64,000 nucleotides of DNA from Eledone cirrhosa (GCA_964016885.1 OZ024741.1:267530001-267594000); one strand, 5' to 3'; numbered from the stretch's first letter, positions 1-12,235 are shown. Notes: generated by a model not told the origin, from the sequence alone. Numbers and translations: made by a program.

Positions 1-334
1 CAAGTTTACCATTCTGTGTGTCCGCCTAAAACTAGCAAACTACCGGACCAAACTCCTCAAAATTACATGTACATAGTCACTATACACTCGGACAGGTAAC
101 GGTCGAAAAAGTTTGGGTTCGACTCCCATGTACGTCAATACTCATCTTTTTCCATTTCTCCGAGGGTTCTTAACCCCACTATCAGGCTAAATAATTTCTT
201 TAATTTCTTTAGTCAAAATACGGCGATAGCTTACATTTCTAATAATTTCAAACTCGCTCCCATATACCGTCAACCATACACAATTGGGTATAAAATTAAA
301 GTTAGAAGAAATGCGTACACACTTACCGGGATTA

Positions 335-415
335 TGCTCTACCCTCGGGTTTCGTTCGCATTTTGAGATATCCTATTAAGGATAAAATCTGGAGCTTCGA
401 ACTCGTCAGGAAACA
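335..415 (-). ncRNA. Type-I hammerhead ribozyme motif (Penelope pLTR-type)
   Basis: Minus strand: tgtttc-CTGACGA-gttcg..(inner hairpin)..cgaac-GAAA-ccc ga ggg-TA-gagca. Intact core, 5-bp stem II, 4-bp stem III, short bulged stem I. Confidence 0.7.
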
Positions 416-794
416 AACTCATAGGACAAGTCATTTTCTAAAGTGATCCCCGCCAGAAATAAATTCAAAATGGCTAAGAATCGTGACATGGCAGTTGTCA
501 AGTCAGAAAGAATGTGCTTGGTTGCTTACGGCGAGTGGGCTGGTTGCTAGAAAGCGCAGCCCAATATTGCATCTCAACCTAATGGGAGATTATTAAATAT
601 AAAGATTTACATATACACAAACTAAACAAAGTCACAGATATATATGTTTTTGTAACCATTCACGATGTGGCTCAACGATGAATTAATAAATTAAACAATC
701 AGAGCAATATACTATAAAGTATGTCCAAAGAATCATTTGATAATATATATACACCATTTCCTCTCCCAATTATATATATATGTATATATATATG

Positions 795-838
<44 letters not shown>

Positions 839-1033
839 CGTTACCACGAACCAAAGTATCGTCTTCCTGTCTTCCTCCGGTTGCAACGTTTTTTGAAATA
901 TCCAGTTCTGTGTTTACAGATTGACTTTGTTAGTTTCAGAAGATCCCGTCAAGGGTGAAAGCAACGATTCTTTGCTTAAACTTTAATCTGTTATTTTAAT
1001 AAATATATATATATGTATATGTATGTATGTATG

Positions 1034-1096
<63 letters not shown>

Positions 1097-1099
<3 letters not shown>

Positions 1100-2069
1100 A
1101 GTTAATATAAATTAATATATGATAAACACATACGTGTTTGTATTGTAAATGACCAAGTTAGCTAGAATGAAATAAACTAATTCAAATAAATATAGTTTGC
1201 CTGTCTCAATTTAAAATAATAAATCAATAAAAACAAACCCATATTGGCAATAACTGTGATACCTGGACAAATTTAAATTTCAAAATCCAAACCTGTTCCG
1301 CAGACAAATCTGAATTTCAAAACCCAAATAAGTTTCGCAACAATAGTATAAAAAAGTGAAAGATTCCATTTTCTGTGTTCATCAACAGGTATCCAGAAAA
1401 TTAGGATGTTTCACCTCGAAATATTTTTGGAGGTCTGGTGTACAAGCGCAAACGCACGTGGTTTTCCAGCTCACTAGCTACCCCATACTCACGGTGCTAG
1501 AAATAACAGCCGTTTATATGGGATTAAAATTTAGCTCAACAAAAGGAGCCGTAATATTATATTATATTTAGAGTTATAAACTCAAACAGTATTTTACAAT
1601 TAATTAGCTCAAAGAAAGAAGCATTTCTGAGCCGTGAAATACAAGTTAATATAAATTAATTATTTCTACTATTGGCACAAGGCCAGCAATTACCCAGTAC
1701 ATTACTGGTACTTTATTTTATCGACCCCGTAAGGATGAAAGGCAAAGTCAACCTCGGCGGGATTTGAACTCAGATCGCAAAGGGACGTAACTATGCTGGA
1801 AAGCATGGCGTCCGACCAACACATACGTGTTGGTATTGTAAATGACCAAGTTAGCTAGAATGAAATAAACTAATTCAAATAAATATAGTTTGCTTGTCTC
1901 AATTTAAAATAATAAATTTAAAATAATAAATCAATAAAAACAAACCCATATGGGTTTGTTTTTATTGATTTATTATTTTAAATAAATATAGTTTGCCTGT
2001 CTCAATTTAAATTAAGACAGGCAAACTATATTTATTTGAATTAGTTTATTTCATTCTAGCTAACTTGGT
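1097..2069. repeat. ~545-bp tandem-unit dispersed repeat ending in fold-back palindromes
   Basis: Unit starts again near 1641 (interrupted by a SINE). Palindromes centred near 1950 and 2009. Homologous to 40554-41455. Confidence 0.7.
1660..1817 (-). mobile_element. tRNA-derived SINE with Nin-type conserved domain (5' truncated)
   Basis: Reverse strand has B-box GAGTTCAAATCCC then GCCTTTCATCCTTACGGGGTCGATAAAATAAAGTACCAG. Matches 63421-63620. Confidence 0.75.
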
Positions 2070-2070
2070 T

Positions 2071-2235
2071 TTCCCACTTGAGGCAAGAGTGGTTGTCTTA
2101 CTCGCATAGGACTGTCTGGCGGGTTTTCTACGGCTGGATGCCCTTCCTAACACCAATCACGTTTACAGTGTGGATTGGGAAGTGTTTACCGTGTTACCTA
2201 CACGGCCACATTACAGCGTGGACTGTGTGTCTTTT
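2071..2235 (-). mobile_element. RTE family B 3' UTR fragment
   Basis: Matches 5455-5625. Confidence 0.8.
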
Positions 2236-2460
2236 TGTCATCATCATCATTTTACGTCCGCATATATATATATATAAATATAAGTATGTATACCTACATA
2301 CATTTATGTATACAGACGTACAGTAGTATGTATATATACACACAGGCACACATATATATATGTACGTATGGATTCACCGAACATTTATTATAATGCTCGG
2401 TGTGTTTGTAAACAAACATCCCGAATTAAGCCGTACAGTGTCTAGCAACCATTGTTGCTC

Positions 2461-2740
2461 ATTTGTTCAACACTGACAAAGGAACGCTGTACTAGTTTCA
2501 AGCTTATTAGCTATCGTCAGCAATGAAATGAAATTTCGTTTCATTTTTTCCATTTATCGTTTTCGGTACCCCGGCCGATTAACTCACTCGATATGCAAAT
2601 TAGGCTGCTCAGCCATTAATATGCATAAGGAAAGTATATACTTTCAGACGTTCAATCATCTGGCAGGAAGGTATACGTTGCTGACGATAGCTAATAAGCT
2701 TGAAACTAGTACAGCGTTCCTTTGTCAGTGTTGAACAAAT
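2461..2740. repeat. 63-bp inverted repeat (2461-2523 / 2678-2740) carrying hammerhead motifs
   Basis: Arms are reverse complements. Flank 2300-2460 recurs at ~50160-50335. Confidence 0.85.
2675..2717 (+). ncRNA. Minimal type-I hammerhead ribozyme (mirror copy 2484-2523 on -)
   Basis: acgttg-CTGACGA-t agc taataa gct t-GAAA-ctag-TA-cagcgt. 6-bp stem I, palindromic ACTAGT stem III. Confidence 0.7.
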
Positions 2741-3230
2741 CAGTGTTTTCAAAATCCATATATTACGTTTCCTGGATTGTGAAAATGGTGGTGTATACGA
2801 AAAACCATAACACTGTTTTGCTTCTCATTCTTAATATTTTAAATATTTCTCTGCACACAAGCTTCTATATCATACATATAAAATACTATACAACCCCCAT
2901 AATACTCTTGATTGCCAGCTTAAAGTGCTTATATTCCATATAACACCTTACCGCACTATAATCTTGTATAAATAGGACACACGTGCATGCCACACGTGTA
3001 ACTAACTACTTCTAACTATCCTCCTGCATCATCTTCATAAACTGCCAATGTTGTATTATAACTTTAATTTTGTTGTAATTTTCTTTTAATATGACTTTAA
3101 TCTTTAAATGTAAACTGCCATGCTTAAATATTATAATGGATGTCAAACCACTGTGCATCAATATATACATATATTTCTGTATGTCTCTTGTGTTGAAAAG
3201 GAGGTCATGTATGTAAACAATCATTGAAAA

Positions 3231-3282
3231 ATTACTCCGAAGACTCCAAACCTTGGTTTAGAAGAAACAATTGTAAGCGAAT
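3231..3282 (+). ncRNA. Degenerate hammerhead motif (CCGAAGA core)
   Basis: CCGAAGA-ctccaaac cttg gtttagaa-GAAA-caattg-TA followed by AATAAA. Stems I and II imperfect. Confidence 0.35.
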
Positions 3283-3435
3283 AAATGATTTGAACAGAAC
3301 TTTGATTCATGTAATTTCTATATAACTGCTCTGTAGAACAACTGATGTTATTACATTGAGCTATTTATCTTACTGGTAATAAGATAGTAATAAATTACTG
3401 TCTTTCACTATTTAGGGTTTAAAATATATATATAT

Positions 3436-3615
3436 CATTCCACTGCAAAGTGGTCGTGGAGGTGCCACGGCAAAAAAGCACCCAGCACTCACTGTAAATG
3501 AGGTTGGTGTTAGGAAGGGCATCCAGCTGTAGAAATCAAGCCAGAATCAGTTCCTGTCCCACCCTTGCAAGCAGGGAAAAGTGGACGTAAAATGATGATG
3601 ATGATGATGATGATA
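3436..3615 (+). mobile_element. 3' part of RTE-partner SINE
   Basis: Contains GGTGTTAGGAAGGGCATCCAGC motif, RTE-A 3' end and (ATG)n tail. Confidence 0.8.
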
Positions 3616-3681
3616 ACTATAAAAGGTTTTAGTGTATACATAACCATAAATAGTATCCTTAATACTATATATATATATGTG

Positions 3682-3732
<51 letters not shown>

Positions 3733-3741
3733 ATGTATATA

Positions 3742-3792
<51 letters not shown>

Positions 3793-3829
3793 ATGTATAT
3801 ATATATGTATATATATATATATATGTATG

Positions 3830-3863
<34 letters not shown>

Positions 3864-3943
3864 TATGTATGTATATATATATATATATTAATTTAACACT
3901 TCACTGCTCGCAAGTGTTTTTTAAACTTCATATCATGTCTCCC

Positions 3944-4014
3944 TATTTTATCTGATGAGAACGCAAATATCATCCCATGATGATATTTGTTTTTGAAATG
4001 CGCATAATAAAATA
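3944..4014 (+). ncRNA. Type-I hammerhead ribozyme
   Basis: tattttat-CTGATGA-gaac gcaaatatcatc ccat gatgatatttgt tttt-GAAA-tgcgca-TA-ataaaata. 8-bp stem I, 12-bp stem II, palindromic ATGCGCAT stem III. Confidence 0.85.
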
Positions 4015-4150
4015 CATGGAACTCTTTTAACCATCTTTTGATTTTATATTATTTATACTCCAGTCCTATAAACTGTTGAGTGCTACTTATCCAATATTTG
4101 CATTGCTTTATTGTGCTACAATAAAACTCCTACATATATGTATGTGTATG

Positions 4151-4274
<124 letters not shown>

Positions 4275-4698
4275 ACTTCACAGAACTTATGTTTACCGAA
4301 TTCGCAGACCAGACCCCTTCTTCCTCCCGTTAGACCTGTGCGAAATTTCTTCCTTGCTCACATTTCAACCAGGTTTGATGGTCTTTATTCTCTCGTTCAC
4401 GATTCCACCGACTTTATATTCATAGAAATCTGGGACTTGTTTCTTTCTTCTTCATCACTTTCTGTTGCTTAAACCATTTTGTTTGTTTACCCTAGCGTCC
4501 CCCTTATTTACGTGTCCCAACGACTTTTTTTAGCCGTTGTTCGCACCAACCTGAGGTATATGGCCTTTAAAGCGATGAAATGCCTACGACGGTTGGAAGG
4601 CCACTGATGAAGGACTTACTTTTTCATATGTAACCCATTTGCAATGCCGCAGCTCCATTATTATCATATTTACATATATATATATATATATATATATA

Positions 4699-4731
<33 letters not shown>

Positions 4732-4802
4732 GGAAAAATTTGAACAGGAACAAAACAGAGAGGCAGTACAACGAATGTTTATTAATTTCACGCTCTGGAG
4801 AG

Positions 4803-4835
<33 letters not shown>

Positions 4836-4850
4836 ATATAGCTTTCACCG

Positions 4851-5032
4851 TATTTTTAACTAAAGGAATTTTAGCTTGATAACGGGGTTTAGAATCCTCA
4901 GATAAATGGAAAAAGATGAGTATTGACGTACATGTACGTATTGACATATATGTACGTCAATACTCATCTTTTTCCATTTATCTGAGGGTTCTAAACCCCG
5001 TTATCAAGCTAAAATTCCTTTAGTTAAAAATA
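4851..5032. repeat. Near-perfect fold-back hairpin (~83-bp arms)
   Basis: 4851-4933 is the reverse complement of 4950-5032 with one mismatch seen. Arm is homologous to ~128-230. Confidence 0.85.
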
Positions 5033-5360
5033 TGGAGGCATATGGGTTAGTGGTTAGAGCATTGGCCTTGGAATCGAAAGGTTGTCAGTTCAATTCTCAG
5101 ACCGGATGATGTGTTGTTTCTTTGAGCAAGACACTTTATTTCACATTGCTCCAGTTTACTCAGCTGTAGAAATGAGATGATAGGGACTGCGGTCCCTATC
5201 ATCTCATTTTGTCTCATTTCGTGGGGGAACCACAGCAAAAAAGCACCCACCACTCACTGTAAATGAGGTTGCTGTTAGGAAGGACATCCAGCTGTAGAAA
5301 TCAAGCCAGAATCAGTTCCCGTTGCAAGTAGGAAAAAGCAGACGTAAAAATGATGATGAT
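5033..5360 (+). mobile_element. tRNA-headed SINE with RTE-derived body and tail
   Basis: A-box TGG(G/C)TTAGTGG, B-box GTTCAATTC, CTTGAGCAAGACACTT core, RTE-A 3' end, (GAT)n tail. Confidence 0.85.
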
Positions 5361-5380
5361 ATATATATGTATGTATATAT

Positions 5381-7440
5381 ATCATCATCATCATCATCAT
5401 CATCATCATCGTTTAACGTCCATGTTCCACGCTTGCATGGGTTTGGACGGGAGTTTTCCCACTTGAGGCAAGAGTGATTGTCTTGCTCGCATAGGACAGT
5501 CTGGCGGGTTTTCTACAGCTGGATGCCCTTCCTAACACCAACAACATTTACAGTGTGGGGCTGGGAGGTTTTTACCGTGTTGCCTACACGGCCACATTAC
5601 AGCGTGGACTGTGTGTTTTTTTTGTCGTGACACCTACACGACCTCATTTGTTTCGGCCTGGATGTTGTGGCACCAACATAACTTTACATTGAAAGGGGCG
5701 GTGTGGATGGGGTGGAGGAGGTGGGGCGGGGGTGTATTTTGTTAGAGATGCCTACTGACTGAAGTAGGTTTTACTTTGTATTTAGGTAAGGCGGGTCTTC
5801 TCTATTACTGAGTACCGCCAAAGGTCTCGGTCCAGTGACATTGTCTTGGAGAGGTGTAAGTGTGTGAGGTCGGAATTTATCAGCTCGTCCCAGGTTTTTC
5901 TGGGTCTGCCTACTCCGTGGCTACTGTCTATCTTTATTGCCCTGCACTTTGTTATACAGCTGTCGTCTTTCATGTGCATCACGTGACCATACCAACGTAG
6001 CCTTCTCTCGAGTAAACAACATCTGATCCTTCTTATTTCTAATTTTTTACTTAGTTCGTTTATGCTTTGCCGTTCACGTATATTACTATTACACATCCAG
6101 CGGAGCATGCAAGCTTCGTTCCTTTCTAGTCTGCGTATATCCTCTGCACACAATGCCCAGGTCTCACTGCCATGCAACATTGCTGTTCGTATGCAGGCAT
6201 CATACAACCTGCCTTTCATTTTTAGGGAGAACCCTTTAGCGGCTGATAGTGGTATAAGCTCTCTGAACCTTTTTCCATCCAGTTCTGACTCTAGCTACTG
6301 TACTTTCAGAGCACCCTCCCCCACTGCTAATTTTGTCACCCAGGTAACGGAAGCTATCCACTATTTCTATAGAACCCTCTGCGCAATTGAAAGAGCTAGT
6401 ATTTTGTGGGCACTTGCTGCTACTTATTGCACCAGAGCACCGGCCACATGTGAAATCTATGTTCTTAGTTAGCTTACCTGTGATCCCACTACATCTTTTA
6501 TGCACCCATACTTTGCATTTGGGACATAAAATGGAGTTTCTACCTACGCCTTTCCTACACACTGAGCATGGCCACTTCCCGGAAGGGACCGCCGCCTTAT
6601 TTTCTTTCTTACAAACTAGAACTTTAGTCTTAGCCAGGTTAATTTTAAGGCCTTTTGATTCTAGGCCGTGCTTCCATGTTTGGAATTTCTTCTCTAGCTC
6701 GGCCATTGATTCAGCTATGAGCGTTAGATCATCTGCATATAGGAGTTCCCATGGGCAGCCGGTCTTGAACTCCTCTGTTATAGCCTGAAGGGCAATAATA
6801 AATAGTAGGGGGCTGAGAACAGAGCCCTGATGGACACCAACTTTTACGCTAAACTCTTCACTATATTCGTTGTTAATTCTAACCTTGCTGACTATTTCTT
6901 TATACATGGCTTGTATAGCTCTCACAAGCCATTCGTCAACACCTAGTTTTCTAAGAGCCCACCAGATAATGGAACGGGGGACTCTGTCGAAAGCTTTCTC
7001 CAAGTCGACAAAAGCTAAGTATAGGGGTTTACTTTTAGCTAGGTACTTCTCCTGTAGTTGTCGTAAAATGAAAAGAGCGTCTGTGGTACTTTTGCCTGAC
7101 ACAAACCCGAACTGCATTTCATCTAGATCAATTCTCTCTCTGATTAGTTGCGCTATTACTTTTTCCGTGACCTTCATAACCTGGTCGATTAATTTAATGC
7201 CTCTATAGTTACTCCTATCTAGGGCATCTCCTTTACCCTTATAATAGTTAATGATGATGCTGCTACGCCAGTCCTTCGGAACAACCCCATTCTGTACGAC
7301 TTGGTTTACTATCCGGGTGACCATGGTGTGTCCCACCGTTCCAGATGCCTTCAGTATCTCAGCAACTATTTCCGAAGGCCCAGCTGCCTTACCTGTCTTC
7401 ATATCTTTGATTGCCTTACTTATTATACTACCCTCGACTA
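5381..7440 (-). mobile_element. RTE-clade LINE family B, 5' truncated
   Basis: ORFs 6236-7440 and 5782-6219: QFGF, FVDLEKAFD, GVHQGSVLSP, YADD, PHD-like finger, RRLRWYGH, GRPRKTW. Long 3' UTR and (GAT)n tail. Confidence 0.95.
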
Positions 7441-7447
7441 ACATATG

Positions 7448-7497
<50 letters not shown>

Positions 7498-7500
<3 letters not shown>

Positions 7501-7794
7501 TCATCATCATCATCATCATCAACGTTTAACGTCCGTGTTCCACGCTTGCATGGGTTTGGACGGGGGTAGTCCCACTTGAGGCAAGAGTGATTGTCTTGCT
7601 CGCATAGGACTGTCTGGCAGGTTTTCTACAGTTGGATGCCCTTCCTAACACCAACCACATTTACAGTGTGGGTCTGGGAGGTTTTTACCGTGTTGCCTAC
7701 ACGGCCACATTACAGCGTGGACTGTGTGTTTTTTTGTCGTGACACCTACACGATCTCATTTGTTTCGGCCTCGATGGCGCGGCACCAACATAAC
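7498..7794 (-). mobile_element. RTE family B 3' UTR fragment
   Basis: Matches 5400-5680. Confidence 0.85.
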
Positions 7795-7922
7795 TATATA
7801 TATATATGTATATATACATATATATATATATGTATATATATATGTATATGTATGTATATATACGTAATATATATGTATATGTATGTATATATATGTAATA
7901 TATATATATATATATGATGATG

Positions 7923-7964
<42 letters not shown>

Positions 7965-7983
7965 GTGTGTGTATATATATATA

Positions 7984-8370
7984 ATCATCATGATGATCAT
8001 CATCGATTAACGTCCATCTTCCACGATTGCATGGGTTTGGACGGGAATTTTCCCACTTGAGGCAAGAGTGGTTGTCTTGCTCGTATAGGACTGTCTGGCG
8101 GGTTTTCTACGGCTGGATGCCCTTCCTAACACCAACCACGTTTACAGTGTGGACTGGGAGGTTTTTACTGTGTTACCTACACGGCCACATTACAGCGTGG
8201 ACTGTGTGTTTTTTTGTCGTGACACCTACACGACCTCATTTATTTCGGACTGGATGTTGTGGTACCAGCATAACTTTACATCGAAAGGGGTGGTGTGGAT
8301 GGGGTGGAGGTAGTGGGACGGGGGTGTATTTTTGTTAGAGGTGCCTACTGACTGTAGGTTTCGCTTTGTA
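7984..8370 (-). mobile_element. RTE family B 3' UTR fragment
   Basis: Matches 5400-5780. Confidence 0.85.
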
Positions 8371-8412
8371 TATATATATGTGAATGAAGTAATTCCGTCG
8401 GAAGGGTCCAGT

Positions 8413-8473
8413 TTTCAGTCTGATGACTGAAAGCAAATTTTGCTTGCTTTCAAGAAACCACTGGTAAATGAAA
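8413..8473 (+). ncRNA. Type-I hammerhead ribozyme
   Basis: tttcagt-CTGATGA-c tgaaagcaa..ttgctttca a-GAAA-cc act gg-TA-aatgaaa. Same family as 29948, 31487 and 32746. Confidence 0.7.
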
Positions 8474-8599
8474 TAATTATCTTATGTTGTTTATTACATA
8501 ACTATATATATATATATATGTATGTATATATATATGTATATATATATATGTATGTATATATATATGTATGTATGTATATATATATATATGTATGTATAT

Positions 8600-8654
<55 letters not shown>

Positions 8655-8949
8655 TATATGTATGTATATACATATATGTGTATGTATATATATATGTGTA
8701 TATATATATATATGTACGTATATATGTATATACATATATATGTATGTATATATATATATATATATAAAAAGAAAATTTTCGCTCTACATGGTAGGGGTAC
8801 TGAATCTACAAAAGCCTGATGGGCTGCCTCGGGGTAGACGAAAGGGGAAAAAAGAAAAGGAAGAGGATAGGGAGTGGAAGGAAGTGATAGGAGGAGATAA
8901 AGGGAAGAAGAAAATAGAAGGAAAAGAAAAGAGGTACATCTACCTATGT

Positions 8950-9930
8950 TAGCTGGGGTTTTCCCTAACTTGTTTGGCAAGTGGGGAAAAGGAGGATGTT
9001 GCAGCCATTGTCTACCCACCCAGGTCATTAGGGGGTTTGAGGGCGAGGTAAGTCCTACACGATCGGTGTTTGCATGCAGTTACAAGTTCGTCTTTTTTGT
9101 TTAGGAGTTGGTCCTTCGTAAACAGTATTTGTAATGTTTCCTCCGAGCATAAGTTACATGGACGGCATCCTCCCGTGTAAGTGTTAGCTCTGGACTAACT
9201 CTAAGTAAGATTGTATGGCATGTTGTTATCTTCGAGGTCCCAGATGTGGCCCGAAAGTGTAGTGGCATGTTGTCGGGCTGGGTTTCGGAATGTATGTCGG
9301 TGTTGGTAGAGCCGGGTCTTAAAGTCACAAGTGGTTAATCCTATATAGGCTTTGTTGGAGGTGTCCGTCCTCACGTTGCATTGGTAAATCACATTACGCT
9401 CTCGGCATCTGTTTTTGAGGGGGCACGTAGATCTATCAGGGCAGTTACACTTCCTGGTCGGCTCTCCACTAATGTCGAGGTTGTTTATTCCATAGGCGTT
9501 GAGTTTTTTGTTGTTTGAAGAGGCGATGTTTTGTGTGAAGTTGGGTGTGGTGCTGTAGGAGAGTTTGATAGTGTTTTTGTTGATTATGTTGTGGTGGGAA
9601 GTGTTTTTCGAGGAGCCTAAAGAAGATTTTCCCGATAGGTGTTGCCACCTCGGCATCGTGGGGAGGGTTGAACCACGTTATGTGGCGTGAGCGGCATCGT
9701 CACCTGCTGGTTCCGCTGAGGGAAGTTGGATAAAAGGAGATATCCTCCCGGAAGCCACTTTGCTTGAGGGCCTGGTTGTAATGAGGCACATGTTCATCGA
9801 ATATCTGATCATTAGCGGACAAACGAGATTTGCGGAGATGTTTTTAACCAGGTTATTGGTGATGTTTCTAGGATGGTTAGAGCGGCGGTGGATGTAGTGC
9901 AGGTTGTCGTTTAGTTTCCTGTATGGGCAA
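8950..9930 (-). mobile_element. Penelope-like element remnant (RT thumb, linker, GIY-YIG endonuclease)
   Basis: YIHRRSNHP, TWFNPP, KLSYSTTPN, CNC-CPL-C, VIY..YIG..FKTRLYQH. Frameshifted. Confidence 0.9.
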
Positions 9931-10036
9931 GTTCAGCCACCCCCACTCCCACCCACTGCCATTATAGACTTAATTGTGTTTACAAGAAATTTTGACCAAT
10001 CCTCTTGACAACTACAATCTTCCCATATAAGGAATT

Positions 10037-10132
10037 ACCCCTTGAGAAGTTTGGCTATTCATTTACCGCACTAAAAATTCTAATTTAGTCCAGAAATAGC
10101 CGTCGAAATGGCTTGAGCTCTGCCGTCGGAGT
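10037..10132 (+). ncRNA. Hammerhead motif with U3:A8 core variant
   Basis: acccc-TTGAGAA-gtt tggctatt..aatagccg tc-GAAA-tggc..gccg-TC-ggagt. Lies just beyond the 5' truncation of the minus-strand Penelope-like element, in opposite orientation. Confidence 0.55.
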
Positions 10133-10274
10133 CAAACATTTTCCTATTACCCACTCTACTACCGTAAGTATTGAGTACTCTCGTGCATTATGGTCCATCT
10201 GGTTCCTTACCACTATTCCTTCGTTATATATGTATATATATATATAATGTATAATAAACAATACAATATAATTA

Positions 10275-10342
10275 CCTCATTACCAGAGGTTTCCCAAATA
10301 AGACGAATACAAGAAACGTCCTCATTCGTTCGTCGGACAAGG
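10275..10342 (-). ncRNA. Hammerhead motif with CCGACGA (U4C) core
   Basis: ccttgt-CCGACGA-a cgaatgaggacg..cgtcttatttg g-GAAA-cc tct gg-TA-atgagg. All three stems pair. Confidence 0.65.
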
Positions 10343-11862
10343 CAATTTAAAACATAGTGAAATATTTGAAAAATCTCCTCAAGAAAGGCAAAAGTTTAAC
10401 GGGCAAAAAAATATATAAATAAAAATAATGCAAGAGATATATAAAAATAAAATAAGGAAATATAGTTAGGGTATGTGTATAAATGTGTGTATATTCACTC
10501 ACAAATGTACATATGTGTGTATGTACAAATGCATGTGTATAGTGAAAATATGTGTGCATAAGTACATATATGAGGGCAAGCATATCAGTGTATGTGTGAC
10601 CACAAATACGTATATAATATATGTTGAAAAAGAAATTGTAAGATAATAGAGTTAACGTACATCCAGGCTCAGGTACTAAGGATTGAAATATATACACATA
10701 CAAGTATGAAAGCACGCGTATAAACACACACACACATGCGCAACCACATACATGCGAGTGATATATACAGGGAAGGGAGTGTATCAGTCAAAGCAGTGTC
10801 AGGCTGAAGGTCGATACATATATAAAAATGAAAAAATGAAAAAATATATGAGAATAAAAAAATTAAATCAAAGAGAAAGTAAGAGGGAGGGGTTATCAAT
10901 TATAAAGTAACACTAGAAAAAATAGACATAGGTTCGTACATACACATATATATATAAATACGTACAGACAAAAGCACATACATGCGTACACACATACAAA
11001 GGCGCACATACATACACACGAAGCACATATATATATACATACATGTACATCTAATCACACGCACGCACATGACTATATATATACACACACATACATACAT
11101 ACATATATATATGTATGCGCGTTTGTATATGTATACGAATACATTTGTATGTGCGCGTGTGTGTGTGTGTATGTGTGTTTTATATCTGTTTTTTACATAC
11201 TTATATATATGTGTGGGTGTGTGTGTGTGTGTGTGTATAGTCATGTGCGTGCGTGTGATTAGATGTACATGTACGTATATATATATATGTGCTTCGTGTG
11301 TATGTATGCGCACCTTTGTATGTGTGTATGCATATACACACACACACACACATATATATAAGTATGTAAAAAACATAGATATAAAACACACATACACACA
11401 TACGCACATACGAATGTATTCATATACAAACACGCATACACACACATGCACGCTCACACGCATAGATACAATATAAAAACCAGCCGTATGAATAAATGAG
11501 TGCAAATTATACGCAAGTAAACATACATAAAAGCGGCTGAGAGACAACAGAATATATCTGGAGTTGAAAACGCAAGTGACAAGTGATATCAGGTAGTGAG
11601 AGAAAATGGGGAAGTAAAATATGTAAAATTGTGAAGATATAAAGTAAGTGAATCAAAAAGTGTGTCCGGGGGGGGGGGGGGGGGGGGTCACTGGTGGATG
11701 TGAAGTAAAAATAAAGTTAAAAATAAAAATAAAAGTAAATCAGAAAGAGAAGTCTGTAAAGAGGGTAATTTAAGGAAAGTAAAGAACAAGAGTTTATGGA
11801 GGATAAGTATCTGAAAGTGAGTTAAGTTTATATGAGCTGGAAAGCAAGTGTGATTTCATGTG

Positions 11863-11897
<35 letters not shown>

Positions 11898-11944
11898 GTA
11901 TATATATATATATGTGTATATATATATATATTTATATATATAGG

Positions 11945-11979
<35 letters not shown>

Positions 11980-11986
11980 GTATATA

Positions 11987-12051
<65 letters not shown>

Positions 12052-12159
12052 GTGTATATATATATATATTTATATATATAGGTATATATATATATATATG
12101 TATATATATATGTATATGTATATATATATGTATATATATATATGTATATATATATATAT

Positions 12160-12229
12160 AGGGGTTAATCCAGTGTTCGAAGTGGGTTGCTAAGTCAGGC
12201 AACCCACTTCGAACACTGGATTAACCCCT
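12160..12229. repeat. Perfect 31-bp hairpin
   Basis: 12160-12190 is the reverse complement of 12199-12229, 8-nt loop. Confidence 0.9.
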
Positions 12230-12235
12230 TTACTT

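Noticed and set aside
321-434. Possible minus-strand first exon ending in GTAAGT
   Set aside because: Frames close before the donor; better explained as a hammerhead-bearing repeat.
930-975. CAGAAGA-tccc..gggt-GAAA hammerhead-like string
   Set aside because: No usable stem III or cleavage triplet.
4545-4625. CTGAGGT..GAAA and CTGATGA strings
   Set aside because: Core or GAAA segment missing, stems unconvincing.
5033-5105. tRNA gene-like sequences at SINE heads
   Set aside because: Continue into SINE bodies and lack a proper acceptor stem, so not counted as tRNA genes.
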